DNA of 64,000 nt from an uncultured Candidatus Binatia bacterium (GCA_965215605.1 OZ244070.1:192001-256000); one strand, 5' to 3'. Positions 1 to 9,591 are shown, counted from the first letter of the stretch. Translations and numbers: made by a program. The notes: generated by a model not told the origin, from the letters alone.

Positions 1-1
1 G

Positions 2-196
2 GGAGCCGCCATCGCCGGCGGACGGCTGCGGGCGTCGAGCATCTACGACTGGTTCCAGGCCGACTTCGGCGGCAACAGGGACGGCGTCGTGCAGCATCTG
101 AAGCAGCACGCGAAACCGGCGCTGCGGAAACGGCTGGAAGGCTACGGCGGAAAGCTCGACTTCCACTACGACTGGAGCCTGAACGCCGGCCGGTAA
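2..196 (+). CDS. DUF547-like protein, C-terminal fragment (5' truncated by window edge)
   Basis: Frame 2 reads ...RASSIYDWFQADFGG...HYDWSLNAGR*; SSIYDWF and terminal YDWSLN are typical of DUF547 proteins. Confidence 0.7.
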   Translation, partial: GAAIAGGRLRASSIYDWFQADFGGNRDGVVQHLKQHAKPALRKRLEGYGGKLDFHYDWSLNAGR

Positions 197-226
197 CGGC
201 GCCGGTACTCCGAGGAGGCATGTTTC

Positions 227-925
227 ATGAACCAACGGATCGTCAAGATAGCAGTAGTCGTGCTGGTGGCGGCCCTCATCGCCGCCTTTTTCATCTTCGA
301 CCTCGGACAGTACTTCAATCTGGAATTCATCAAGGCCCAGCGCGACGCCTACCAAAGCTACTACCAGCAGAACCCGGTGATCACCATCGCGGCCTACGCC
401 GTGATCTACATCGCGGTGACGGCCCTCTCGCTCCCGGGCGCGGCGATCATGACGCTGCTGGGCGGCGCGCTGTTCGGAGTGGTCACGGGCACCATCATCG
501 TTTCCTTCTGCAGCACCATCGGCGCCACCCTGGCGTTCCTGGTGGCGCGCCTTCTCCTGCGGGACAGCATCCAGAGCAAGTTCGGAGACAGGCTCGAGAC
601 CATTAACAACGGCATCGCCAGGGAGGGCATGTTCTACCTCTTCACCATGCGACTGATCCCGGCGATCCCATTCTTCGTCATCAACCTCGTCATGGGGCTC
701 ACGCCCATCCGCACGGTGCAGTTCTTCTTCGTGAGCCAACTGGGGATGTTTCCGGGCACCATCGTCTTCGTCAACGCGGGCACCCAACTGGCCCAGATCG
801 ATTCCTTGGCCGGCATCCTCTCGCCCGCGCTGTTGCTTTCGTTCGTGCTGTTGGGGCTGTTCCCTCTCATCGCCAAGAAAGCCATCGGGCTGGTCAACAG
901 GCGGAGGCAGCCGAAGGCGTCGTAG
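227..925 (+). CDS. TVP38/TMEM64 (VTT/DedA superfamily) membrane protein
   Basis: ALSLPGAAIMTLLGGALFG, GATLAFLVAR and RLIPAIPFFVINL motifs; GGAGG upstream. Confidence 0.88.
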   Translation: MNQRIVKIAVVVLVAALIAAFFIFDLGQYFNLEFIKAQRDAYQSYYQQNPVITIAAYAVIYIAVTALSLPGAAIMTLLGGALFGVVTGTIIVSFCSTIGATLAFLVARLLLRDSIQSKFGDRLETINNGIAREGMFYLFTMRLIPAIPFFVINLVMGLTPIRTVQFFFVSQLGMFPGTIVFVNAGTQLAQIDSLAGILSPALLLSFVLLGLFPLIAKKAIGLVNRRRQPKAS

Positions 926-990
926 GTAGACGGACCGCGAGGTTTCGCGCAGGCGACCTGCTTATAGGAAAGGACCGGGAGAACACACTC

Positions 991-2520
991 ATGCGCAACA
1001 TTCCACAACTGTCGCCGCTGGACGAATACAACCAGGTGCTGGGGTCCAACACGCACCCGGCGGACTGGACCAACCCCACCCCGGCCGACCGCTACAACCT
1101 GGTGGTGATCGGCGCCGGGACGGCCGGGCTGGTGACCGCCGCGGGCGCGGCCGGCCTCGGCGCCAAGGTCGCCCTCATCGAGCGCCACTACCTGGGCGGC
1201 GACTGCCTGAACGTCGGCTGCGTGCCGTCCAAGTGCCTCATCCGCTCGTCGCGAGTGGTGGCGGAGATCCGCGACGCCGACCTGTTCGGCATCGGCCGCC
1301 CGGACGACGTGCAGGTGGACTTCGCGGCGGTGATGGAACGCATGCGCCGGATCCGCTCCCACATAAGCCACCACGACTCGGTGAAGCGTTTCAGCGAGCT
1401 GGGCGTCGACGTATTCCTGGGCGATGCCAGCTTCACCGGCCCGGAGACGGTGGAGGTGGACGGCCAGTCGCTGCACTTCAAGAAGGCCGTCATCGCCTCC
1501 GGCGCCCGGGCGGTGGCGCCGCATCCGCCCATCGAAGGGATCGAGGAGGCAGGCTATCTCACCAACGAAACCGTCTTCTCACTCACCGAGCGCCCGGAAA
1601 AGCTGGCGGTCATCGGCGCCGGCCCCATCGGCTGCGAGCTGGCGCAGACCTTCCAGCGCCTAGGCTGCCAGGTGGTGCTGTTCCACAACGGCGACCACAT
1701 CCTCAACCGCGAGGACGCCGAAGCCGCGGACATCGTGCAGAAACAGTTCCTGCGGGAGGGCGTTCAACTGGTGCTCAACAGCGCCATTACCCGCGTGGCC
1801 GCTGAGAACGGCCGCAAGGTGGTCCATTTCGAGGCCGGCGGCAACGCCGACTCGGTGGCCGTGGACGAGATCCTGGTGGGGGCGGGGCGGGCGCCCAACG
1901 TGGACGGCCTGAACCTCGAAGGCGTCGGCGTCGAGTTCCACCCGTTCCGCGGCGTGGTGGTCAACGACTACCTGCAGACCACCAACCCGCGTATCTTTGC
2001 CGGCGGCGACGTCTGCATGGACTGGAAGTTCACCCATGCGGCCGACGCGGCCGCGCGCATCATCATCCAGAACGCGCTCTTCTACAAGAGCAAGAAGCTG
2101 AGCTCGCTGATCATGCCCTGGGCCACCTACACCGACCCGGAGATCGCCCACGTGGGCATGTACGAACGGGACGCCGAGAGCAAGGGCGTGGCCATCGACA
2201 CCTTCACCCGGGAACTCAAGGAAGTGGACCGGGCGCTGGCGGACGGCGAGGAGGAGGGGTTCGTCAAGATCCACGTCCTGAAGGGCAAGGACAAGATCGT
2301 CGGCGGCACCATCGTGGCGCGTCATGCCGGCGAGATGATCAGCGAGATCACCCTGGCCATGGCCGGAAAGGTCGGCCTCGGCACCGTCGCCAACGTCATC
2401 CACCCCTACCCCACCCAGGCCGAGGCCATCAAGCAGACCGGCGACGCCTTCAACCGCACCCGGCTGACGCCGCTGGTGAAGAACATATTCGGGCGCTGGC
2501 TGGCTTGGACCCGGCGGTAG
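991..2520 (+). CDS. Class-I pyridine nucleotide-disulfide oxidoreductase (mercuric-reductase-like/LpdA-like)
   Basis: GAGTAG FAD motif, GGDCLNVGCVPSK redox disulfide, GAGPIGCE, HPYPTQAE; no C-terminal Cys-Cys of true MerA. Confidence 0.88.
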   Translation: MRNIPQLSPLDEYNQVLGSNTHPADWTNPTPADRYNLVVIGAGTAGLVTAAGAAGLGAKVALIERHYLGGDCLNVGCVPSKCLIRSSRVVAEIRDADLFGIGRPDDVQVDFAAVMERMRRIRSHISHHDSVKRFSELGVDVFLGDASFTGPETVEVDGQSLHFKKAVIASGARAVAPHPPIEGIEEAGYLTNETVFSLTERPEKLAVIGAGPIGCELAQTFQRLGCQVVLFHNGDHILNREDAEAADIVQKQFLREGVQLVLNSAITRVAAENGRKVVHFEAGGNADSVAVDEILVGAGRAPNVDGLNLEGVGVEFHPFRGVVVNDYLQTTNPRIFAGGDVCMDWKFTHAADAAARIIIQNALFYKSKKLSSLIMPWATYTDPEIAHVGMYERDAESKGVAIDTFTRELKEVDRALADGEEEGFVKIHVLKGKDKIVGGTIVARHAGEMISEITLAMAGKVGLGTVANVIHPYPTQAEAIKQTGDAFNRTRLTPLVKNIFGRWLAWTRR

Positions 2521-2554
2521 CGGCCCCTCTGTCACGTGGAGCGGGATTCGCAGG

Positions 2555-4108
2555 CTATTGCTTCAGCCGCCGGCCCAGTGCGATCAGGAACATGACGCTC
2601 TTGCCGGCGGCGTGGGGCGAGAAGAACTCCGTCACGTCGTCGTCGAAGAAGGTGAGCCCCGAGGCGCCGAAACCCTGGGCATAGGCCGCCAGGTAGAGGC
2701 GGCCGGCGGTGACGCTGGCCTCCATGTGCGCCAGGCGGTAGCCGCGGTTGCCGTAACGCGCCAGCACCGGCTCCAGGTCGGCCATGAAGTAGACGTTGAC
2801 GCTGGCGTCGGCAGGGATCTCCTGACCCAGCCCGAGGAAGCCAGCCTCACGGCGGAACTCCCCCTCCTTCAGAAGCTGAAGGCATCCTCTTTCGCGGTCC
2901 AGGACGTAGGTGCCGGGAGCCGCGCCGTCCACGTGGTTGACGATGAGGTAGAGCTGGTTGAGCGGCCGCGCCCCGCCGGGGTCGACGTCCATGGCGACGC
3001 CCCGCGTGGCGTAGTGCAGCGCGTTGGACAAGTGCGCGAAGGTGATGGCCTCGTGGGAGAAACGCCGGGTCGAGCCGCGGCGCACGATCACCTGCTCGAT
3101 GCTGCCGGCGGGAAGCGATGCCGTCGGGACGGTTTCCAGCGGGAGCTCGCGGATGATGGCGACGCTCTCGTCCGCCCCGGCCGCATCGGCGGCGGCCGCC
3201 GGTTCCGCATCCTCTTCCCGCCAACTCCGCACCTCGGCGCCGCTCTCCAGGCTGGACGCCGCGTGCATCTCCCGGATGGAGGGATAGTCCACCTCCTGGC
3301 GGGACAGAGGCCGCGTGACGAAGTCCAGGGCCGGCAAGGGCTCGCCGGACGGCGCCGTGGGCGCACCCGCACGGCCCACGGGCACCAGGCACAAGGCCGC
3401 CTCCTTGTCCGGGTTCAAGCCCAGCAGACGGTTCACCGAGGCTTCGGCGAACCCCATCACCGTGCGAACCGGGATATCCCGCGCCGAGGCCGCCGCCAGG
3501 CAGTTGGCCAGGATGGTGCCGCCGTCCCAGAAGCAGTGCCGGTAGGCGCGGTCGCGATACTTCCAGCTATTGCGCCAGAACGTGGACGCGAAGACCAGGA
3601 CGGCCGGGGCATGGGCCACCGCCGGCTCGCCGCCGCTGGCCTCCACCAGCGCGCCCCGGTGGTCGCCCTTGCGCAAGGGGTTCAGGGCGAACCGCTCGGG
3701 CGCGAAGTGATAGACGCCCGCGTCGAGATCCAGCAGCGGCCCGGCGACAACGTAGATATCGATATGGTAAAGCGCGCCCGTGCACGCCGCCGCCCGGAAG
3801 AGCATCTCGCCGCCGAAATAGCGCCGGCGGCGGGTGACTCCGGCGCAAAGGAACAGCAACTCGCCGAACTCCTTGGGGGTGACCTCACGCTCCCGCTGCG
3901 GCGCGGACCGGGACATGGCCGCCAGGGCGGACACGCCGGACGATGTCAGGTGCTCCTCCAGCGGCAGTGAGTCCAGTTCCTCGTAGACCTTGAAGGGGTG
4001 CGGCTGGTTGTCCCAGTCTAGGTAGTGCGGGCCGCTGCGGATGCTCACGGGAGAGTGCTTGGTCCGCTCATGATAGTCCTTGGCGGACGCGATGTCCCGA
4101 TTACCCAT
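2555..4108 (-). CDS. SagB/ThcOx-family dehydrogenase (tandem nitroreductase-like domains)
   Basis: YHERTKH, LDWDNQP, RAAACTGALY, WRNSWKYRDRAYRH, second domain RRGSTRRF and YGNRGYR; start moved to ATG 4108 after GGAGG. Confidence 0.82.
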   Translation of the reverse strand: MGNRDIASAKDYHERTKHSPVSIRSGPHYLDWDNQPHPFKVYEELDSLPLEEHLTSSGVSALAAMSRSAPQREREVTPKEFGELLFLCAGVTRRRRYFGGEMLFRAAACTGALYHIDIYVVAGPLLDLDAGVYHFAPERFALNPLRKGDHRGALVEASGGEPAVAHAPAVLVFASTFWRNSWKYRDRAYRHCFWDGGTILANCLAAASARDIPVRTVMGFAEASVNRLLGLNPDKEAALCLVPVGRAGAPTAPSGEPLPALDFVTRPLSRQEVDYPSIREMHAASSLESGAEVRSWREEDAEPAAAADAAGADESVAIIRELPLETVPTASLPAGSIEQVIVRRGSTRRFSHEAITFAHLSNALHYATRGVAMDVDPGGARPLNQLYLIVNHVDGAAPGTYVLDRERGCLQLLKEGEFRREAGFLGLGQEIPADASVNVYFMADLEPVLARYGNRGYRLAHMEASVTAGRLYLAAYAQGFGASGLTFFDDDVTEFFSPHAAGKSVMFLIALGRRLKQ

Positions 4109-4155
4109 GGCGCCTCCCAAATTCGTGTGGAAACCTGGTGCCGCGGCCCGAGCCG

Positions 4156-5109
4156 TCACACCGCGATCTGCCAGAAGTGCTTCACCACCGTCCCCAGGGC
4201 ATAGGTCACGGCCACCGCCACCGCCACCAGGAGGACGTTCTGCAGCACGCGGCGCCGGACTTCCATGCCGGACATGAACGACAGCAGCATGGTCACCACC
4301 GCCACCATGCCGCCGCCGACGACGATGGACCACAGCGGGCTGGCGGCGCCCATGAGCACCGGCAGGATCGGGAACAGCGCGCCAAAGAAGTAGGAGGCCG
4401 CCACGGCGACGGCCGCCGACAGCGGACGGGTCTCCTCGGCCGCCTCGGCGTCGGGATCGAAGAAGTGGCGTTTCGCGTTCTCGATCCGTTGAACCTCGAG
4501 CTGGGACCGGGACGAGGCCAGCACGCCCGCCGCCATGGAGATGGAGCCGGCCACCGCCACCGTGAGACTGGCCACCAGCACATAGACGGGATCGCCGAAC
4601 GAGGCATAGAAACCGCTGACGCTGCCCAGCACCTCCACCAGGCCGTCGTTCAGCCCCAGGAAGATATCCCGGACGCGTTCGGCGTTGAGCCGCCTGCCGG
4701 TGAGGTCGGCGACGATCTCGTCCTCGTGGCCGAACTCGTCCCGCAGGATGGCCTTTATCCTCGGGCCCTGCGGCGTGTCCTTGTACTGCTCCCAGAGCGT
4801 CCAGTACTTCTTGATGCCGTAGATCTCGATGGCCTCGAGGATGAGGAAAGTCATGCCGACGCCGAAGAGCCTCCGCATGAGGATGAAGACGCCCAGCCTG
4901 AACCGTTGAAAACGGTTCAGCGACACGTCCTTGAGCCCCGCCATATCGGACCAGAAGGTGACGTGTCCCCGCTCCACGTTCACCAGCTTCGACAGGACGT
5001 TGCGGACCTCGCCGGTCTCCAGGTCGCGAAGCCTGACGTACAGGGCCAGGTCGAACGCTTCGTCCCGGGCGGCCTTGCGGATGAGGCTGTGGTCCTGCGG
5101 TCCGGTCAC
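4156..5109 (-). CDS. Rubrerythrin/ferritin-like domain fused to VIT1/CCC1 iron transporter (MbfA-like)
   Basis: N-terminal ExxH di-iron motifs (ERGH, EFGH) followed by VIT1 signature RDIFLGLNDGLVE and AGSISMAAG; GTG start overlaps upstream stop (GTGA). Confidence 0.8.
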   Translation of the reverse strand: MTGPQDHSLIRKAARDEAFDLALYVRLRDLETGEVRNVLSKLVNVERGHVTFWSDMAGLKDVSLNRFQRFRLGVFILMRRLFGVGMTFLILEAIEIYGIKKYWTLWEQYKDTPQGPRIKAILRDEFGHEDEIVADLTGRRLNAERVRDIFLGLNDGLVEVLGSVSGFYASFGDPVYVLVASLTVAVAGSISMAAGVLASSRSQLEVQRIENAKRHFFDPDAEAAEETRPLSAAVAVAASYFFGALFPILPVLMGAASPLWSIVVGGGMVAVVTMLLSFMSGMEVRRRVLQNVLLVAVAVAVTYALGTVVKHFWQIAV

Positions 5110-5516
5110 GACACCTGCCCCAGCGCCTTGCGCCGGGCTTCGGCCGGGTCGCAGTCCGAGCCCCGGTCCCGAGTGATCAGGGAGCGCATGCTCTCGGTGT
5201 GGTCGAGCCACGCCGCGCGCACGGCGTCGGGGACCTGGAACTCGTCGAGGGTCTCGCGCAGGATCTGCAGGCGGCGGGCGAACTGTCCGCCCATGATGGG
5301 ATGGGGGGCGTGGGCCTGTTCAAGGGGGCGGCCCTCGTACTCGATGTCCGCGCCGAGGACGCGGGCCGTAAACTGGAATTCCAGTTCCTTGATCCGGCCG
5401 CGGTCGGCGTTGCGGAAAAAGAAGCCGATCATGAGGTCATCGAAGATCCGGTCCACGAAGACGTCGATGACCTCACGCAGGCGCTTCGCGCCGATATCTT
5501 CGAACAGGGAGGGCGT
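5106..5516 (-). CDS. Group I truncated (2/2) haemoglobin; start codon uncertain (ACG at 5516)
   Basis: SLFEDIG...FVDRIFDDLMIGFFF, YEGRPLEQAH; the conserved N-terminal helix lies upstream of the first GTG (5456). Confidence 0.75.
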   Translation of the reverse strand, partial: TPSLFEDIGAKRLREVIDVFVDRIFDDLMIGFFFRNADRGRIKELEFQFTARVLGADIEYEGRPLEQAHAPHPIMGGQFARRLQILRETLDEFQVPDAVRAAWLDHTESMRSLITRDRGSDCDPAEARRKALGQVS

Positions 5517-5534
5517 AGGGTTCTCTCCCCGAGC

Positions 5535-5855
5535 CTACTCCTCGGCAGGGTTGAGCAGCGACTCCAGCTCGCCCCGCTCATGCAGCTCGTGGACGATGTC
5601 GCAGCCGCCCACGAACTGCCCGTCGATGTAGACCTGCGGGATGGTGGGCCACTTGGAGTACTGCTTCACGCCATCCCGGACGGCCGGGTCCGACAGCACG
5701 TCGAAGCTCTCGAACTCCGCGTTGTGGGCGCGCAGGATCTCCACCGTGTGGGCCGAGAAACCGCATTGCGGGAAGTTGGGGGTCCCCTTCATGAAGACCA
5801 TCACCCGGTTGTTCTTGACCTGCTCTTCGATCCTGCTGAGTGCGTCATCCGCCAT
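5535..5855 (-). CDS. grxD: Monothiol CGFS glutaredoxin (Grx4)
   Basis: FMKGTPNFPQCGFS, WPTIPQVYIDGQFVGGCD. Confidence 0.95.
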   Translation of the reverse strand: MADDALSRIEEQVKNNRVMVFMKGTPNFPQCGFSAHTVEILRAHNAEFESFDVLSDPAVRDGVKQYSKWPTIPQVYIDGQFVGGCDIVHELHERGELESLLNPAEE

Positions 5856-5913
5856 GGCTTCGCTCCTTTATTGGTTTGGCATCGGCGCCTGCTTCATGGG
5901 CCCGGCCGACCCG

Positions 5914-6222
5914 TCAGACCTCGACCTCGATGTCGGCCCCCTCCACCCGGACGTTGAACGTGTCGACGCCCGTGTCCGCCGGAGGTCCCGACGCCTCGCC
6001 CGTGGTGATGTCGAACATCGCGCCGTGCCACGGGCACTGGACGTCCTTACCCATCACCTCTCCCTCGGAGAGCGGCGCGCCGCGATGCGTGCAGAAGTCG
6101 TCGATGGCGTAGAAACTCCCATCCACGTTGAACAGCGCGACCCTCCGGCCGTTGACCTCCACCAGCTTGGGCTTGCCGGGTTCCACCTGATCCGTGGTCG
6201 CGACCTTGACATACTCTGCCAT
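5914..6222 (-). CDS. Rieske-type [2Fe-2S] ferredoxin
   Basis: CTH...CPWHG Rieske ligands. Confidence 0.92.
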   Translation of the reverse strand: MAEYVKVATTDQVEPGKPKLVEVNGRRVALFNVDGSFYAIDDFCTHRGAPLSEGEVMGKDVQCPWHGAMFDITTGEASGPPADTGVDTFNVRVEGADIEVEV

Positions 6223-6234
6223 GCCATGTCTCCC

Positions 6235-6738
6235 CTATCCCTGATTCACGGCCGCCGCCGATCCCTTGACCAGCCAGCGCTCCCGCATCACCTTGTCCTG
6301 AATCCGCAACAAACCCTCGGTCAACGCCTCTGGCCGCGGCGGACAGCCGGGAACGTAGACGTCCACGGGCACGATCTTGTCGACCCCCTTGCATACCGAA
6401 TACGCCATCTGGAACAAGCCGCCGCAGTTGGAGCAGCTCCCCATGGAGATGACGTACTTGGGATCGGGCATCTGGTCGTAGAGCAACCGGGTACGCTTGG
6501 CCATCTTGTAGGTCAGTGTCCCGGCCACGATCATCAGGTCCGACTGGCGCGGCGTCGCCCGCGGCACGCAGCCGAAACGGTCCAGATCCGCCCGCGGCCC
6601 GCCGGTCTGCATGAGCTCGATGGCGCAACAGGCCAGTCCGAACAGCATATACCACTGGGACGATGCCCTGCCCCAGTTCAACAGATCGTCGACCCGGGTG
6701 GTGAAAACCGTCTCGGGCAGACTGTTGGTAATCGGCAT
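6235..6738 (-). CDS. nuoB: NADH-quinone oxidoreductase subunit B
   Basis: [40 protein letters not shown]; ATG 6738 after GGAGG. Confidence 0.92.
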   Translation of the reverse strand: MPITNSLPETVFTTRVDDLLNWGRASSQWYMLFGLACCAIELMQTGGPRADLDRFGCVPRATPRQSDLMIVAGTLTYKMAKRTRLLYDQMPDPKYVISMGSCSNCGGLFQMAYSVCKGVDKIVPVDVYVPGCPPRPEALTEGLLRIQDKVMRERWLVKGSAAAVNQG

Positions 6739-6891
6739 CGAAACCTCCTGACTGAAACCGCCGCTGAATCGCGCTACGGGCGCCTGCAGCACACAAGACG
6801 CTAGTAAAGATAGACCACCGCGACGTGCCTTTCAAGTCCGCGCTCGGGGCCGCCATTGCAATATCCCGTGCGCTCCCCTAAGAGTGAAACC

Positions 6892-7785
6892 ATGCGCATC
6901 TGCACCCTGCTGCCGAGCGCGACGGAGATCGCCTTCGCCCTGGGCCTGGGCGACTCGGTGGTGGCCGTCAGCCATGAATGCGACTTCCCTCCCGGTGCCC
7001 GGGAGAAGCCCGTGGCGGTGCGCGGCCGGATCGACTCGGACAACCGCACCAGCCGCGAGATCGACACCCTGGTTCAGCAGCATTTGAGCCGCGGCGAAGG
7101 GCTCTACGGCCTGGACCTCGAACTGCTGCGCGGCCTCAACCCCGACCTCATCGTCACCCAGGGGCTGTGCGACGTCTGCGCCGTGGGCCACGACGACGTC
7201 ATGGCCGCCGCCGGCACGTTGAAGCCGCCGGCGAGGGTGCTGTCGCTGTCGCCGAGCTCCCTCGGAGAGGTATTGTCGGACATCACGCGGGTAGGGAACG
7301 CCACCGGGACTTCGGGACGGGCGGAAACCCTGGCCGGCGCGCTGCGGGAACGCGTGGGACGCGTCGCCGCCCGGGTTCCCCAGGACGGCCCCAGACCGCG
7401 GGTGGCCTGCCTCGAATGGCTGGATCCGCTGTACGCGGCCGGTCACTGGGTACCCGAAATGGTGGAGCTGGCGGGAGGCACGGACGTACTGGCCGCGAAA
7501 CACGAACCCTCGGCGCGGGTGTCCCTGGAAACGCTGGTGGAAGCGGCGCCGGAGGTCCTGGTGCTCATGCCCTGCGGTTTCGACGAGAGCCGGACCCTGA
7601 AGGAGTGGGAACCGCTCAAGGACCTTCCCGCCTGGCAGGACATTCCCGCGGTTGCCAGCGGCCGCGTCTTCGCCGTGGACGGCTCCAGGTTCTTCAACCG
7701 GCCCGGACCCCGATTGGTGGACGGGCTCGAGATCCTCGCCGAGTGCATCGGCACTGAGACAGCGCCGGATGCGGTCCGGCCGTAG
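6892..7785 (+). CDS. BtuF-like cobalamin/Fe-siderophore-binding family protein (no signal peptide)
   Basis: MRICTLLPSATEI, VSHECDFP, TQGLCDVCAV, LEWLDP, GHWVPEMV, FNRPGPRL. Confidence 0.85.
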   Translation: MRICTLLPSATEIAFALGLGDSVVAVSHECDFPPGAREKPVAVRGRIDSDNRTSREIDTLVQQHLSRGEGLYGLDLELLRGLNPDLIVTQGLCDVCAVGHDDVMAAAGTLKPPARVLSLSPSSLGEVLSDITRVGNATGTSGRAETLAGALRERVGRVAARVPQDGPRPRVACLEWLDPLYAAGHWVPEMVELAGGTDVLAAKHEPSARVSLETLVEAAPEVLVLMPCGFDESRTLKEWEPLKDLPAWQDIPAVASGRVFAVDGSRFFNRPGPRLVDGLEILAECIGTETAPDAVRP

Positions 7786-7808
7786 CACCTGCCGCCCTCC
7801 CGGGAGCC

Positions 7809-8213
7809 ATGTTCGCACGACTCTTCCTGCTATTCACCGTCATCCCCCTGATCGAGCTCTATCTCCTCATCGAGGTGGGCTCGGTGATCGGCGGGTTGTA
7901 CACCATCCTGCTGGTGCTCGGCACGGGCGCGCTGGGGGCGTTCCTCGCCAAGCTGGAGGGTCTCCGGACCCTGGGCCAGATCCAGCGTAACCTCAACCAG
8001 GGCATCGTCCCGGCCGAGGAGATGCTGGACGGCGTGATCATCATGGCGGCGGGCCTGCTGCTGATCACGCCCGGGATACTCACGGACGCCTTCGGCTTCC
8101 TGATGCTCATTCCGGCCACGCGGAACGTGTTCAAGCGCTGGCTCAGGCGCCGCTTCGACCGCGCCACCGCGCGCGGCCGCATCTACACTCAAGGCGGGCC
8201 CGGTCATCTCTGA
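7809..8213 (+). CDS. fxsA: FxsA family membrane protein
   Basis: PLIELYLLIEVG, LLLITPGILTDAFGFL. Confidence 0.9.
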   Translation: MFARLFLLFTVIPLIELYLLIEVGSVIGGLYTILLVLGTGALGAFLAKLEGLRTLGQIQRNLNQGIVPAEEMLDGVIIMAAGLLLITPGILTDAFGFLMLIPATRNVFKRWLRRRFDRATARGRIYTQGGPGHL

Positions 8214-8310
8214 CGCCCCCGACGCCGCCACCCCCAACGCTCCGTCCTCGGACAGCCGGGACCTTTGGCGGCTCACCGTCCCGGCCTCCCTGGCCATCGC
8301 CAGCGAGCCG

Positions 8311-9591
8311 GTGCTGAACATCGCGGACACGGCCATGATCGGCCACCTGGGGGTGGAGCCGCTGGCCGCCAAGGCCATCGCCACGAGCCTCATCGGCGCG
8401 GTGATCTGGATCTTCGCGTTCCTGATCTTCGGCACCACCAGCTTGGTGGCCAGCCAATACGGCTCGCGCAACTACCTGGCCTGCGGCGAGATCTTCCGCC
8501 ACGCCCTGGTGCTTGCGGTGGGCGGCGGAGTGCTGGTGGCCTCCCTCTGTTTCCTGTCCGCCCCCGGACTGTACGCCCTCATGGGGGCGACACCCGAAGT
8601 GGCGGCCGAGGGCGTCCCCTATTTCCGCATCCGTTGCGCCACCATTCCGATGCTGTTCTCCATCTATGCGGCGGTGGGCTTCCTGCGCGGCATACAGAAC
8701 ACCTTCTCCCCCATGCTGGTGGCGTTCCTGATGAGCGGCACGAACATCGTGCTGGACTACGCGCTGATCTACGGCGGGCTCGGGTTTCCGGCCTTGGGCC
8801 TGCGCGGCGCGGCGGTGGCCGCGGTGGCGGCCCACGCCCTGGGCGCCGCCCTGTACCTGCGGCTGCTGTTCTTCTCCGAATACGCGGACCTGTACCAACT
8901 GAAGAGCCGGCAACTACGCTTGGGCCGGTTCCGCGACATATCGAGGATCGCGGGACACCTGGCCGTGCGCACGGCCGGACTCCGGCTCTCGCTGGTGTTC
9001 GCCACCGCCGTGGTGGCGCGCATGGGGCCGGTGTATCTGGCGGCCTACGAGATCGTGTTCCAGCTCTTCATCTTCTGCTCCGACACCGTCGACGGGCTGG
9101 CGGTGGCCGGACAGACCCTGGTGGCGCGGCACCTGGGCGGCGGCGACGTCCGCCGGGCGCGGCGCCTGGGCCGGATGCTGGTGATATGGGGCTGCGCCGG
9201 CGGCGCGGTTTTCGGCGCGGCCTACCTGCTGTTCCAGGAACCGCTGCTTGCGCTCTTCACCTCTTCGGCGGTGGTGGCGGAGCTGGCCCGAAGCGAGGCC
9301 TTCCTGCTGCTCATCGTCTTCCAGCCCTTGAACGGTATCGTTTTCGCCCTGGACGGTTTCATCCTGGGCGCCCACGACACCCGCTTTCTCATGTGGGCCA
9401 TGCTGGCGGGCGGACTCTTGCTGTTCGTCCCCCTGACGGGCCTTTCCTTCTACCTGGGGCTGGGGCTCTTCGGAGTCTGGGCCGGGTTCAGCCTGTTCAT
9501 GCTTCACCGGCTCGCGGCCAACCTGTGGCGTCTGTGGAGCGGACGGTGGGAAGGCGCCTTCGCCGCGTACCACGCGCCCCGAGGGGGTTGA
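8311..9591 (+). CDS. MATE (DinF-like) efflux transporter; true start probably near 8206
   Basis: DTAMIGHLG, GFLRGIQNT, LGLRGAAVA, DGLAVAGQTLV; about 12 hydrophobic segments. Confidence 0.88.
   Translation: MLNIADTAMIGHLGVEPLAAKAIATSLIGAVIWIFAFLIFGTTSLVASQYGSRNYLACGEIFRHALVLAVGGGVLVASLCFLSAPGLYALMGATPEVAAEGVPYFRIRCATIPMLFSIYAAVGFLRGIQNTFSPMLVAFLMSGTNIVLDYALIYGGLGFPALGLRGAAVAAVAAHALGAALYLRLLFFSEYADLYQLKSRQLRLGRFRDISRIAGHLAVRTAGLRLSLVFATAVVARMGPVYLAAYEIVFQLFIFCSDTVDGLAVAGQTLVARHLGGGDVRRARRLGRMLVIWGCAGGAVFGAAYLLFQEPLLALFTSSAVVAELARSEAFLLLIVFQPLNGIVFALDGFILGAHDTRFLMWAMLAGGLLLFVPLTGLSFYLGLGLFGVWAGFSLFMLHRLAANLWRLWSGRWEGAFAAYHAPRGG

Noticed and set aside
991-2520. merA mercury resistance gene
   Set aside because: No C-terminal Cys-Cys, no NmerA domain, no merR/T/P nearby.
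2555-4108. SagB-like dehydrogenase as part of the NHLP RiPP pathway
   Set aside because: About 38 kb away, no YcaO in the window, intact cores have no Cys; stand-alone SagB-like genes are common.
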